Assembly (NCBI GenBank): GCA_030324005.1
Contig: JARDVH010000163.1
Coordinates: 91,361,494-91,425,493 of the forward strand
DNA length: 64,000 bases
Source of the DNA: Negaprion brevirostris
Lineage: Eukaryota
Reading direction: 5' to 3'
The translations under genes and the position numbers were made by a program. Shown here in pieces: positions 48,365 to 60,660 of the stretch. Within the stretch, counting starts at the first letter, position 1, and each line of letters begins with the position of its first letter. The notes under the pieces were generated by a model that was not told where the DNA came from, ran no database searches, and saw only the letters and a program-made list of their open reading frames with translations.

Positions 48365-49916
48365 TTTATATTCAGTCAAGGGATGTGTGCTTTGCTGGCT
48401 TGGCCAGCATTTATTGCCCAACCAAATTGCCCTTGAGAAGGGTGGGGAGGTGTCTTCTNNNNNNNNNNNNNNNNNNNNNNNNNNNNNNNNNNNNNNNNNN
48501 NNNNNNNNNNNNNNNNNNNNNNNNNNNNNNNNNNNNNNNNNNNNNNNNNNNNNNNNNNACATTGCAGTCCATGTGTCGTAACTGTCAGGGAGTTGTTCCG
48601 GGATTTTGGTCCAGCAATAGAGAAGGAATGGCAATATATTTTCAAGTCAGGAAGGTGAGTGGCTTAGAAGGGAACTTACATGTGGTAGTGTTCTGATGTG
48701 CCAGCTGTTCTTGTCTTTCTAGATGGTAGTGATGGTGGGTTTGTAAGGTGCTGTCTAAGGAGTCCTGGTGAGTCCCTGAAGTGAATCTTGCAGATGATGC
48801 ACACTGCTGGTAGAAGGAATGAATGTTTGTGGCTGCAAAGTCCTGCATGGTGTCAAGTTTCTTGGGTGTTGTTGGAGCTGCACTCATCCAGGCGAGGGAA
48901 AAGCATTCTATCACACTCTTGACTTATGCCTCGTAGACTGTGAACAGGCTTTGGGGAGTCTGGACGTGAGTTACTTACTGCAGGATTCCTAACCTCTGAC
49001 CAGCTCTTGTAACCACTGTGTTTATGTAGTTTGTCCCATTTCTGATCAGTGGTAACCACCATGATGTTGATAATGGATAATTCACAGTGGTAATGCCATT
49101 GAATGTCTCTTGTTGGAGATGGTTATTGCCTGTGACTTGTGTGGAACAAATATTACTTCCCACTTGTCAGCCCAGCCTGGATATTTTCTAGGTCTTGCTG
49201 TGTTTGGACATGGACTGCTTCAGTATTTGAAGAGTCACAAATAGTGCTGAACATGGTACAATCATCAGCCTACATCCCTACCTCTGACCTTATGATGGAA
49301 GGAAATCATTGATGAAGCAGCTGTAGATGGTTGGACCTAGGGCATTATCCTGAAGAACTCCTGCTATGATGTCCTGGAACTGAAATGATTGAATTCCAAC
49401 AACTGCAACCATCTTTCTTTGAGCTACGTATGATTCCAACCAGAGGCAAGTTTTGCTCCTGATTCCCATTAACTCCACTTTTGCCTGGATTCCACATTTG
49501 GTCAAATGCCACTTTGATGTCAAGAGCAGTCATTCTCACCTCACCTCACCTCTTGCATTCAGCTCTTTTGTCCATGATTGAACCAAGGTTGTAATTATAT
49601 CAAGAGCTGAGTGACTCTGGCAGAACCCAAACTGACCATCAGTGAGCAGATTATTGGTAAGCAACTGCCATTTGATAGCATTTTTGCTGACCTTTTCCAT
49701 CACTTTACTGATAATCCAAAGTGGACTAAGGGGGTGGAAATTGGCCAGCTTGGAGTTGTCTTGCTTTTTGTGTACAGGACATAACTGGACAACTTCCCAC
49801 AGTGTCAATGTTGCAGCAGTACTGGAACAGCTTGGCTAGGGATGCAGCAAACTCTGGAGCACAAGCCTTCAGTGCTATTGCCAGAATATTGTTTGGGCCC
49901 ATAGCCTTTACAGTAT
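48365..49916 (-). mobile_element. Non-LTR retrotransposon (CR1/L2 group), RT to 3' end
   Basis: CPVHKKQDNSKLANFHPLSPLWIISKVME...QFGF, ALDIKVAFDQMW and AGVLQDNALGPTIYSCFINDF; 3' tail at 48365-48440. Confidence 0.88.
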
Positions 49917-50122
49917 GATGAAGGCAAAATACTGTGAATGTTGGAATCTGAAACAGAAACAGAAAATGCTGGAAATGCTAGAATGACATCATCTGTGGAG
50001 AGAGAATAGAGCCAACGTTTCGAGTCTGATGAAGGGTCATCCAGATTCCAAAGACTAGTTCTATTCTTTCTCTAAAGATGCTGTCAAACCAGGTGAGATT
50101 TTCCAGCATTTTCTGTTTTTGT
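49917..50122. mobile_element. Palindromic Penelope-like element with apparent 11-bp TSD and decayed hammerhead halves
   Basis: Arms AAACAGAAAATGCTGGAAA and TTTCCAGCATTTTCTGTTT; flanks CTTTACAGTAT (49906-49916) and CTTTACAGCAT (50123-50133); centre AACGTTTCGAGTCTGATGAAGGGTCATCCAGATTCCAAA. Confidence 0.7.
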
Positions 50123-50584
50123 CTTTACAGCATCCTTTCTCTATTTCCTTTCCCCCTTCCAATCTCAGTGGCATTGACATCAACTTTGGTATCCATTACT
50201 CTATTCCAATTGAAATGATCTTTGTACACAGTTCAAACTTGGAGCATTAACGACCTGTATATCCCAGCAATTGCATGAATAAACTTGATGCCGCTTTAGA
50301 ATAAGCATCCCAAGATTTTTTTCACTCTAGTGTTCTCTGAAATAAGAAGCTCTTGAAATCGAATGGAGTGCTTCTTTTAATTCAATTCTATATGTAAATG
50401 AATCTAGCAGTGAAGATTATAGGTCACTGCTGCTTTAAGGTCCTCACGATTAACATATTAGCCGTTGTCTAACCTCAATCAAGTAATGCCACATTTTATA
50501 TTCATACATTGGGTCTTTTATACTATTGTCAAATGAACAGAAATAAAAATGATAAATCTCCATACTTTCATTTTATATATTAGT

Positions 50585-50975
50585 GTGATAACCCAGAGAC
50601 CAGGACTAATGTTTCAAAGAATGAGCGTTCAAATTATATCTTTGCAATTTAAAAATTGTAATTAAGTTTTAACAAATCTGGGATAAAACACTGTTACCGT
50701 TGGATTATTAAACTTCAACTGATTCACAGTCCTTCGGGAAGGAATTCTGTCATCCTTATCTAATCTAACCTATTTTTGACTCCAATTCCCCACCAACATG
50801 GATGACTCCCAACAGCCTTTAGGTCAATTAGGGACCTCTTTTGCATACCTAACAAGTAAACAAACTCAAATTAACTTAGGGACAAATAAAAAGGGGCAGT
50901 CCCCCAAACAATTAGGGATGGATAAGGAATGCTGGCCTTGCCAGAGATGACCAGATCCAAAAACAGAATTAAAAA
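50585..50975 (+). mobile_element. Old SINE (family of 45915)
   Basis: CCTTCGGGAAGGAATTCTGTCATCCTTA...GACTCCA...; tail CAATTAGGGATGG.TAA..AATGCTGGCCTTGCCAG. Confidence 0.6.
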
Positions 50976-52303
50976 TAAAGTTTCTAAGTCAAGAAGAGAT
51001 AAAAAGAAATTTTGAGTAAAGATGTGTTGTGTGTGAATGCTGAAATGTAATTAATATTTCATTAGATGGGTTATCTTCAGTATTGTCTCACTGTCTAACA
51101 TTTTTCCTCTTAATTAAGTAACAGTTGAAATGTTTTTTCATACAGTAGTAGTCATAGAAGGCACATCTCAGGACCAGCAGCTGGAACTGATTTTAAGATG
51201 GTCAACACATTGGGGTCGAAAGACCCTGTAAAGATATGTAAACATTAGGGAATCTTTAATTCCACATCAGATGGCACTGATTAAATACTTTAAAACTTTT
51301 ACAAGTTCGTTAAAGCATTCACAATTTTTCACTCAATTGAGTTGACATTAAAGTTAATTAATTCTGTGCTCCCAATGAGGAAGCACCTTTGAAGTGAGTG
51401 AAATCAAGATTATAATGCTTGTTTTTTTAATCCACTCTCCCTTCAAGGACAATACCATATTTATTGGACTGAGCCTTGAGTCATATATTCCCTGCTATGA
51501 ATTCAATGACTTGCTGTCTTGGTTACGACCATGATTCCAGATTAGATTTCTTTAGGTTCTCCTGGGCTGAGCCCTGCATTATTAGCTTGAATCATCTTTC
51601 AGCCTCCCTGCTGATTCACCTCACCCTGCCATTAGTGCACAACTCTCATAAAAGATCAATACTTTTTTGAAAATAATGCCATGTTGATTTTTGTAATATT
51701 GTGCCACGCTATGTACCGTGATCTGTTATGAGTTTGTCTGTGGTGTCGTGTTTATGAGGAGCTTGAGACATGAACTGTTAAACATGTCTGTTAAACTGTT
51801 AAACATAAACTGTTTAAACATGAACTGTTCATTCTTAATATTTATCGATCCCAGATATTTCATGTCTGGTACTGCTTCTCCCTGCTGACTGCTGCTGGAG
51901 TGTTCTCTCTGACTCTATCACTATGTGACTCGATACTGTATACCGTGAATGGTACTCTTCTCCAGTCCCTCCATATATCAGGCAGGATGATCCCCTGACA
52001 CTCACCCCAGACCCTCCCACACAAGGCCCCCATCTCCTGTGGAATCCGACGGCTGCGTGACACCTCCCTCTCTCTCCCCTGTCCCCAGTCATTGAGGCAC
52101 TCATTCACCACCCGCCCCTCTCCGCAGTAGCACACCTGCAAGTGCTCAGTTGCCTTCCCCTCAGTACTAACAAGCAAACTGCATGGAACTTGTTGAAATG
52201 CTCACCCAAACTGCCTGCAGCTGATCTGCCCTAACAAGGGGCAGTTCCATTAAAGACTCAAGGACAGATCGGCAGGCATTCCTTCACAAAATATACACAC
52301 ACC

Positions 52304-54711
52304 CAGCCCCCTGATCCTCTGAGGGTGACCTGGAGAGGCTGCTGGATGCAGCAGAGGTGAGGCGGGACACCATCCTCCCCCCCAGGGAGACTGATGGAAA
52401 TGAGGCCTGGGAAGAAGTAGCCATCAGGGCAGTGGCCCTCCAAACTGGGAAGCAGTGCTGGAAAAAGTCAATGACCTCATCTGTGTAGCAAGGGTGAGTA
52501 CTGAACCCCATTTTTCATCTTCCCCATGTCTCCCCCATATCCTCCCATCCCCAGCATCCTGCATGCTTCCAGCTCCTGACCCCCAAGCACCTCCTTCCTT
52601 TCCCCCCCAATGAGCCTCACTGTGTTTGCCCTCTAAGGGCCACAACCTGATTCTCTGCAGGAGTCACCCCACCATTTCTTTCATGGCTCCTTCCATCTCC
52701 ACAGAAGAAGACCGAGCACAATACCCGTGAGAGGATGAAGACATGGGGTGGTGAGCAGACCTCCAGGTCCTCACCCTCTTTGAGGAGCGGGTGCTGGAAC
52801 TCTCCAGAGAAGGGGAGATGAGGGACGTCAGTGACAGCATGGTTGGGCTGCCGTCAAGACATAAGCACCTTGATCAATCACCTTGAGGCAATTTCTCAGG
52901 GGCACAAGTTTCGGGTGTGAGGGGCAATGTTTAAAGGAGATATATGAGGCATGTTTATTTGCACATAAAGGGTAGGGGGTGCCTGGAACTCGCTGTCAGG
53001 GAAGATTGTGGATGCAGATACAATAATGATCTTTAAGAGGCATCTCTACAACTATGTGGATGGGATAGAATTAGAGACATACGGTCCCCGGTAGGGTAGG
53101 GGGTTACAAATCAGATGGCAGTCTGGTAACTATAGGCTTGGAGGGCTGAAGGGCCTGTTCCTATGATATAATTTTCTTTGTTCTTTGTTCTGTGTCGTTC
53201 AATAGAGACATGTGAGTCAGGTGTTTGGCAGCCTGGATTCCTCTCCCTCCCTTGCACTTAACCTTATGTCCNNNNNNNNNNNNNNNNNNNNNNNNNNNNN
53301 NNNNNNNNNNNNNNNNNNNNNNNNNNNNNNNNNNNNNNNNNNNNNNNNNNNNNNNNNNNNNNNNNNNNNNNATGTGAGTCAGGTGTTTGGCAGCCTGGAG
53401 TCCTCTCCCTCCCTTGCACTTAACCTTATGTCCTGTGTTGCAGGGACACATCCGGACACCCTGGGGCCTTCTGGACCACAAGCTCTGGCTACAGCTCCCC
53501 CCTCTCCTAGTCCAAACAGCTCGGATGAGTCCTCGGAGGATGCAGGTGAAGGGGCCTCGGAGGAGGGCACCATTTTGACATTAGCTGCCACCTCACAACT
53601 CACCATCCCAGACACTGACATGTTGGTGGGTCCAGTTAACGTTGAGGCTTCTGGGTTACTCTCTGATGAACACAACACATCTGCTGATGTACATCGGGTG
53701 GGGGAGGGAACATCTGAGGCCTCTTGCATGTGAGGGCCTGCCGGAGGTGAGGACTCACCTGGCTGCAGACTACATGCTGGGCCTCTGAGATCACTTCTCC
53801 CTCAACTGCTGGAAATCCAGCAACACCGTCAGGGAATGCAGGAGGGGCTGACAGCCACACTGGACCAACCGTGAGGCTGTTGGGAGAAGTCCCAAAGCTT
53901 TCAGGTGGACCAGCTGTTGCCTGTCTTATGTGCTTCCCAGGCCAACACTGCAAGGGGGGCATCTTCAGTGGAAAGCCTGGGGCAGGGGATTCTCACCTTG
54001 AGTGGCAGGCTCCAAGTGATGGCCGAGTCACAGCGGGCCACTGTGGAGTCCCCCAGAGGGCTGTGACTGAGTCACAGTGGGCCACAGCTGAGGGACTGAA
54101 CAGTCTTCTCAAGATTCTGCGGCCAAGAGCTTGCAGGAGGCCCAGCAGGACAGCAGTCAGACACAGCCATTGAGAACGTGGCCCAGTCTCAGAGGGCCAC
54201 AGCTGAGAGCTTGCAGAGTGTAGCCCAGTCTCAGAGGACACTTGCTGTGGCCATTGAGATGTGGCCCCTGTCTGAAGTGGCCATTGCAGAGGACTCATGG
54301 GTAGGACTCAGATGGTCCTCAAGGACTGGCAATGCCAGGTGACACTGAAGCTCACTGCAGAAACACCATGCCCCATGGAGTGACCCAGGGGCCCACAGGA
54401 ATCCCAAGGGAGGAGGAAGGGCTCGAACCCATGCTGGGGCCTTCCAGCCAGGAAACTGTGGCTGTGGCTACACCTTCTGACTCCCCTCTTCCTGACACTG
54501 GGGCATCTCAGGAGCAGCGTGATGAAGAGGGTGTCATGGAAACATCCCAGACACCTGGAAGTAGGCCACAGCCCTCAAGGTCCAGGGCCTCCAGAGGACG
54601 CCTGCCATGTGCATCACAGGCCACGGGGCAAGGTAGGTAGCTGGTCTCTCCATCTCCGATGGGGAGTCACTGAGACGTAGCGGTCGGCCACTTCAGGTTA
54701 GGAAGTTGTAG
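52304..54711 (+). pseudogene. Harbinger Myb/SANT-like partner gene, three exons (~52304-52493, 52705-~52860, 53444-54711), inactivated
   Basis: Exon 1 PAP*SSEGDLERLLDAAEVRRDTILP...AWEEVA...TGKQCWKK/VNDL...AR|GTGAGT. Exon 2 CAG|KKTEHNTRERMKTWGG/DLQVLTLFEERVLEL, with donor decayed to ATAAGC. Exon 3 follows CTTATGTCCTGTGTTGCAG, is acidic and low-complexity, and ends LRRSGRPLQVRKL*. Confidence 0.8.
52885..53195 (+). mobile_element. CR1 3' fragment inserted in intron 2 of the Harbinger Myb gene
   Basis: AGGGGCACAAGTTT...GCCTGGAACTCGCTG...GGAGGGCTGAAGGGCCTGTTCC...TTTCTTTGTTCTTTGTTC. Confidence 0.8.
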
Positions 54712-55269
54712 TTGCACTGAGATGACCCGGATGAAGGGCTGCACTAGTTAGTAAGATATTTAAGCACTTTAGCATTTTCTGTTGACACGTTTCTATGTTA
54801 CAGTGTCTTATTTATTGCAACTAAATGCTTTTTCACCACCCACCTCTGACTAATTTGTCTCAATTATGAATTCTCTTCTATTGATGATGGCTGAAGCGAT
54901 GCTTCATGTTGCAGTCAGTTGGGAAGGCCCCTCAATGCTGTGTCACTGACGAAAGGAAGGTATTAGTTCCCCAGACTAACCCCCAGTGATTCCCTCTCAT
55001 CCCCCACCCCAGGGCCTTGTATGGGGCTTTCAGATCCCTTACTCACTTGGGCCCAGATGCAGAACTCAGGTAGGAATCAGACTAGTTTGCACCAGGGCAT
55101 CATCATAATGGTGCTTAGCAAGTTGTCATCACCTTTCTGCCTGTCAAAAAACTCATTAACCCAGAGTACCCAGGCCCACCACTCTGGTGTGACAATGTGC
55201 AGGATATAGAAGGAATTTGGGAGGAGAGGGGTTTGGGGGGTGGTGGAACCCACAGACACAAACACCGAG

Positions 55270-56500
55270 CAAGTGAACCACCTGGTGATTAGGGCCTCCT
55301 TTGCCGCCCTCGCATGCCTCATTTGGGCTGCCAGCCCTTGAGCGCCTAGTTGGTGTTCCTCGCTTGCTCTTCCTCATCCTCCTCCTCCTCCTCTTTCCCC
55401 CTCCTCCTGCTGGTCATCCTCTCCAGTGACAGATGACTGGTCAGCCTCACATCCTCAGTCTCCTCCTCTTCCTTCTCCTCCAAGAGATCACCTCTCTGCA
55501 GAACCAGATTGAGCAAGGCACAGCACACTACCACTATGCGGGAACAGATCACTGGGATGTATTGGAGGGCCCCGTCAGATCGGTCCAAGCACCGGAATCA
55601 CATTTTGAGGAGCCGAATGCACCTCTCCATTATCGCATGGGTGGCTACATGGGCCTCATTATAGCGGGTCTCTGCCTCAGGTACAGGCCTCCGTACAGAT
55701 GTCACCAGCCATGTCTGAAGCGGGTGACCCATAACACCCAGGATCCAACCTCACAACCTGGCTTCCTCCACGAATGCCTCCAGGATGTCCGAGCTCCTGA
55801 TAATGAAGCTGCCATTCACGCTGCCTGGATGTCTGGTGTAGACGTGCATGATGGTCATATTGTGGTTGCACACTCGCTGAACTCTTAGGGAGCGGAACCC
55901 GTTCCTATTTACAAACCTTTGTCGATTCTGCAGGGAGGTCTTGAGGGTGACGTGTGTGCAGTCGATCGCCCCCTGCACGTTAGGTAATCCCACATTGGCT
56001 GCAAACCCTGCAGCCCGGGCTTCCTGCTGCTCCTAGTCCAGGTTGAAGTTGATGAACTACTCAGCCTGGGCACACAGGGCTTCAGTGACCTGTCTCTCTC
56101 AGCGAGCGCACAGCAGATTGGGAGATACCACAGACATCTCTGCTCAGGGTCTGGAAAGACCTAGTCGCATAGAAGTTTAGAGTGGCCATCAATTTGATAG
56201 CCAATGAGAGTGGGTGACCCCCCTCCCCCTCCTCCTGCCTCTAGATGCCAGGTCCTGCAATAGGTGGCAAGGTGTTGCACGGCCTCCTTTCGAAGGCGGA
56301 GATGTCGATGGCACACGGTGTCCAGCACCTGCTCGAAGGGCCCTCGTGCACGGAATTGCAAGGGTCTCTGCTCCATCCTTCTCCTGCCTCTGGTAGTCAT
56401 CTCTCTTTGGTCCTGGATTTGGTAAGGCCTGGGCCTCCTGTGCTCTCAATTCTTCCTCCTGCTCTTCCTCCTCCTCCTCCTCAGCTCCAGCAGCATAGAA
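55270..56500 (-). pseudogene. HARBI1-like Harbinger transposase (DDE_Tnp_4 type), inactivated
   Basis: LNFYATRSFQ..RDVCGISQSAV, GLPNVQGAIDCTHV, FVNRNGFRSLRVQRVC, HPGSVNGSFI, GWILGVMGHPLQTWL, RYNEAHVATHAIMERCIRLLKM*FRCLDRSDGALQY and IVVVCCALLNL. Several stops and frameshifts; the second catalytic Asp is lost. Confidence 0.92.
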
Positions 56501-58086
56501 AAAGTTATGTTGTCACTCTGACGGGAAGACACAGCATTGAGGGGCCTCCCCAGTCACTGTTCATTCCTGGGGCGGCGCGGGGGGGNNNNNNNNNNNNNNN
56601 NNNNNNNNNNNNNNNNNNNNNNNNNNNNNNNNNNNNNNNNNNNNNNNNNNNNNNNNNNNNNNNNNNNNNNNNNNNNNNNNNNNNNATTTGCAAGGGCTTT
56701 GTGTACATCCTTCAGCGGAAGTGAGCTGAGTGTATTAGAACCCAGCAGCACCACAAGACCCAAGGTCAGTGCTGAGACCTTAGTCTGTGCTGCAAGTTGG
56801 ACATCAGAGACCTTGAGAGTAACCGCCTCCCATTCCCCTCACACACTTGCAGAGGCACCACCAACCCGAGACAGAAAATGGCTGCAACAACAAGAGTAGC
56901 AGAGAGCTGTCGGACACTATGCACGTAACTCCTCACTAACCCTCACTGATGGAATGCCCACATTGGACTTTGAGCATGTCTGATTCATGCTGATTTCTGA
57001 TTGGCGAATGCAGTGGTAAAGGGGGAATTATTGGTAAAGTCCAGCTCATAATTCAATTTAAATGTATTAAAATGCATTTAAATTGTCGTTGTGCCTGTTT
57101 TGGGTGTGGTCCCAATCACAGCCATTTTAGACCCATGGTAAAGGGGGAAAAGGTGTGAAGGCGGTCGCGGATCGCACAACTTGATTCATGCCCAACTTTA
57201 CCAAGATTTCGCACCTGAAAATGGGCGCAACTTGATGGTAACATTGGGATTATAATGTTTTGCTTCAGTAAACAGGCTTAAAAAAATCAATCAGGATGAA
57301 ATTAACAAAATACGTCAATAGGTAACTCTTTAGACCCAGTTTTGTTGATCTTTGGATGCTTTAATGAAGGTTGTCAGCTTCAGACTTGTCTATGAAGGCC
57401 TGTTGAAATCTGCAGCTGTCTTGTGTATATGCTACAATCCATTTTCTGTGATCTTCCCTGTCTTATCTCACACTCCTAAACCAGTTTGCTGATCTCCTTT
57501 ATACAATCTGCTTATGCCCTTCACCCTTGCATGGGTTTTAATTTCATGATGTCAAAATATATTAAATTAACATTTTGGCATGTTCATAAATTCAAAAGAA
57601 TGCATGTTCAATTCAGATATGAACTGCAATTGGTAGTAATTTCTCGATAGGCTGTCATCTCTACTTTTTCCGGTTGCCCTTTCATTTTACGTGCGACATT
57701 TCAGTTGTGATGTCAAATGTGCTAAACATGAAAATTATTTTTTTAAAGAAATTAAAGATTGAGGACTGACAATTTTCAATTCCAAATTTTATCAAAATGT
57801 CATCTAGGTTTTCCCTATTGGGCTGAGTGTCACCAGTTCCTATAAAGATCCAGTTATTATGTGCAACAGCAACTAGAGAACTTTTCCAAGCAGCTTATCT
57901 GAGAAAAATGTTCAGTCATTTTGTACTGATGTTGAACATTAAGAAGGCCATGCCTGGTGAGAGGAATAATGGATGAGGCCAAACACACAAAAAAAGGAAT
58001 AAATATAAACTTCCGAAACGCATTGTTTTTTGTCTCTTTTAAGCAAAGAGCTCCTGTGATGTTTTAATAGGTTAACAAAGTGATTA

Positions 58087-58631
58087 AGCCGTGGTCAGCG
58101 CGTAACGTTCTTGGGGCTCTAAGAGAAAAGGAGACGGCGGATCCTGTCGGATGGTTCCCTGAGCAGACTGTCAGCGTCATCTGGCAGAACACCTCATCAC
58201 CAGAACTGACAAACAAGCACCAAGACCTGGCTTGGCTGGTGGTGAGAAGGGCACTCCCCGTCAGATCCNNNNNNNNNNNNNNNNNNNNNNNNNNNNNNNN
58301 NNNNNNNNNNNNNNNNNNNNNNNNNNNNNNNNNNNNNNNNNNNNNNNNNNNNNNNNNNNNNNNNNNNNTAAGGCCTTTTAACGGAGGCAGACCGAGGGCC
58401 CGGGAACTACAGAATACCCTCGACATGCATAACTGTGTGCCAATCTGAGCAGTAATGGTACACAGTAGTTTTTGAGGCATGTATATAGTCTTAAGTCTTG
58501 AAATGTTATGACTGTAATTTGTATAGAACTGTGAAAAAGTTTAGTTCTGCACTGTTTGCAATTCATTGACATGTAGATTTGCAATGGTATTTTTGAGATT
58601 TTTATGAATAAAGTATATTTTTGGAAAAAAA
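58087..58631 (+). mobile_element. 5'-truncated Tx1-clade LINE with poly(A) and 13-bp TSD
   Basis: WSARNVLGALREKETADPVGWFPEQTVSVIWQNTSSPELTNKHQDLAWLVVRRALPVRS; AATAAAGTATATTTTTGG(A)n; TSD AACAAAGTGATTA at 58074-58086 and 58632-58644. Confidence 0.9.
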
Positions 58632-60660
58632 AACAAAGTGATTACCAAAACCATGCAGATCCAGACATTTCCAGGCGCAATTCCTGTTCTATGTGTCAGC
58701 TTGTGTCATATTAATAGTTCCATAAACTCATCTCAGAGACCCAGCTAAAAAGAAAAATAAAATCACTCGAGGTGCTTCTCAATTTCTATTGAATGATCCC
58801 GTAGAAAGTGTTCATATGTGATTATCACTGACAGCGGTGATGCCATTTGTGGTCAAATGACATACTGACACTGCCCAAGCGCGCATGCATGTGAAGAATG
58901 CTTATTTGGTAGAGATACTTGGCTGGTAGAGGGCAGTTAGTGCCTTACCCATTTGAACTGTGTCTTACCATGTTCCTCTATTTATATTTGGCAGTCTCTT
59001 ACAAGTCTGCATTGCTGCAATTGATTTCCCACAGATTTCCTTTGCTGTGCAGTTTTTAATCCAAAGGCAAGATCTGTACGATCTGAATAAATCAAAAGTT
59101 TTCCAATTATTGTTATTATTTTGCCTACTGAGCTAAATGATCAGAGATCAGCCCAAAAACCGGACAGTTTGTACATGAAACCTTCACTGTTCAATGTCTG
59201 TACTACTTGCATTTCTTTCTATTATCCCTTTGCATCCTGCTGCAACTGGGGCAGCAGGATGGTCTGCAATGTAGGCATCTGAATGACATCTCCTTTTCCC
59301 TCTAAGATGGGATGCTTCATTTGTGATCTGTCCCAGATTGACAGAATTCACTCAAGTGAGGCAGGAGGAGTTGTGTGAAAGGCAGCTCTGGAACTCGAGC
59401 TCATGACCTTTCAGTTGGGGGTTAAGCACTCAGCTGTTTGAGCTCCCAGATTTCCCAGTATAGCTGTAGTAATTTCTGTTTTTGGGTTATCCTGCATTTC
59501 ACATTTAACGATTAGATAATCTAGTTCTTTTAACCGCTTCATAATTCACCTACTATGGCACAGTCTATTAAAGTAGTAATCTCTGTGTCAACCTAGAATC
59601 CAGTCAGCGTATATTTGGGAAGTTAATTCGTTCATTAAAACTGTGTACTGGGAAAGTAAATGAAAGACTTGAGTACACGGGCAAAATTGTGTGGTTGTTG
59701 CCTTGGTGAGGTCGCCATTGTTCAGAAACAAAAGCTCTTCGTGGGTGAATTCCATTTCCAGGGAAGCTGCTGAAGTTTCATTTCAGTCATTTCCAGCTCA
59801 GTGTTGTGTCAATAGATTTCACGTAAAATATACCGGCTTTCCGAAACCTCTTACGTGATTCATGTTGAGCAACAAGCATGCCTGGTTTGAAATTATCTGA
59901 TGATTACTGAACTTCAGAATTATCTTTGTGAAATGTCAAAACTGTGTATTTTCACTCCTTTGAAAACCTCAATAAGTAATTCCCTGATGTATTGTGGAAC
60001 AACAACATTTAGTTCTCAGTTGTGCTTTTCAGATGAAGAGTTAATTTCAAAACATTGTGTAATTTGGTCATAAACTAAGCATTATTAAATCTCCATGGAA
60101 GAAGTTCATCTCATCTCACACGCAGGATCCCAATCTTAGCTCATCTTTATGGTCAAGGTGCTGAGTAATGGCACAGCCATTGAAGGAGAACTGGTGAATT
60201 GCCCTGTTCTGTCCTTTCAGATCCAATGAGCAGTTAATGAGGAGCCCCGGCATTGAGCATATTGCTGGGTGATGATATGATGAATGTAATCTAATCTCCA
60301 GATGTATGTGATGAGTTTGAACTCTTCTTGGAATTTTCCTCCTGGAAAAAGTTCAGTTCCATCAACTGAACCTTTTGATTAGATTACCTTGGGACATATA
60401 TTTTTCAGCATTCAGATGTGAATAGACAAGTAGAGGGAAAGTAAACTTAAAGAATCAAGAAAGCCATATCACAATAATTTCCATTTAACTTTACACATGC
60501 TATGACATTAAATGGGTACTGTTAACTAGCATTGGTTGAATTTATTGAGTTGGAATAAATTATCGAGTTCAAGCCTATTAGAGGAGATAATTTTTTTTCT
60601 AAGTACTTTAACAATTCTTGCAATAGTTTCCTTGTACTGAATAAAACAAATATTACTGTG

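Larger units (their letters stand above)
51848..57250. mobile_element. Decayed autonomous-type PIF/Harbinger DNA transposon with two convergent genes
   Basis: GC-rich island holding a Myb/SANT gene (+) and a DDE_Tnp_4-type transposase (-). Right terminus GGTAACATTGGGAT (57237-57250). The left boundary is uncertain (partial inverted match ATCCCAGATATTTC at 51848; no TSD seen). Confidence 0.85.

Noticed and set aside
51765-51830. Short AAACATGAACTGTT-like iterations
   Set aside because: Small slippage-type repeat with no further structure.
53208-53433. Direct repeats flanking 100-N gaps (also 25944/26072, 39546/39662, 63017/63130)
   Set aside because: Near-identical sequence on both sides of a default-size gap indicates unmerged contig overlaps.
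55270-56500. Functional domesticated HARBI1 gene
   Set aside because: Multiple stops and frameshifts, a lost catalytic residue, and still embedded in the transposon with its Myb partner.
59350-59447. tRNA gene (also SINE heads at 37238 and 63420)
   Set aside because: Only degenerate A/B boxes with no cloverleaf; best explained as tRNA-derived SINE heads.
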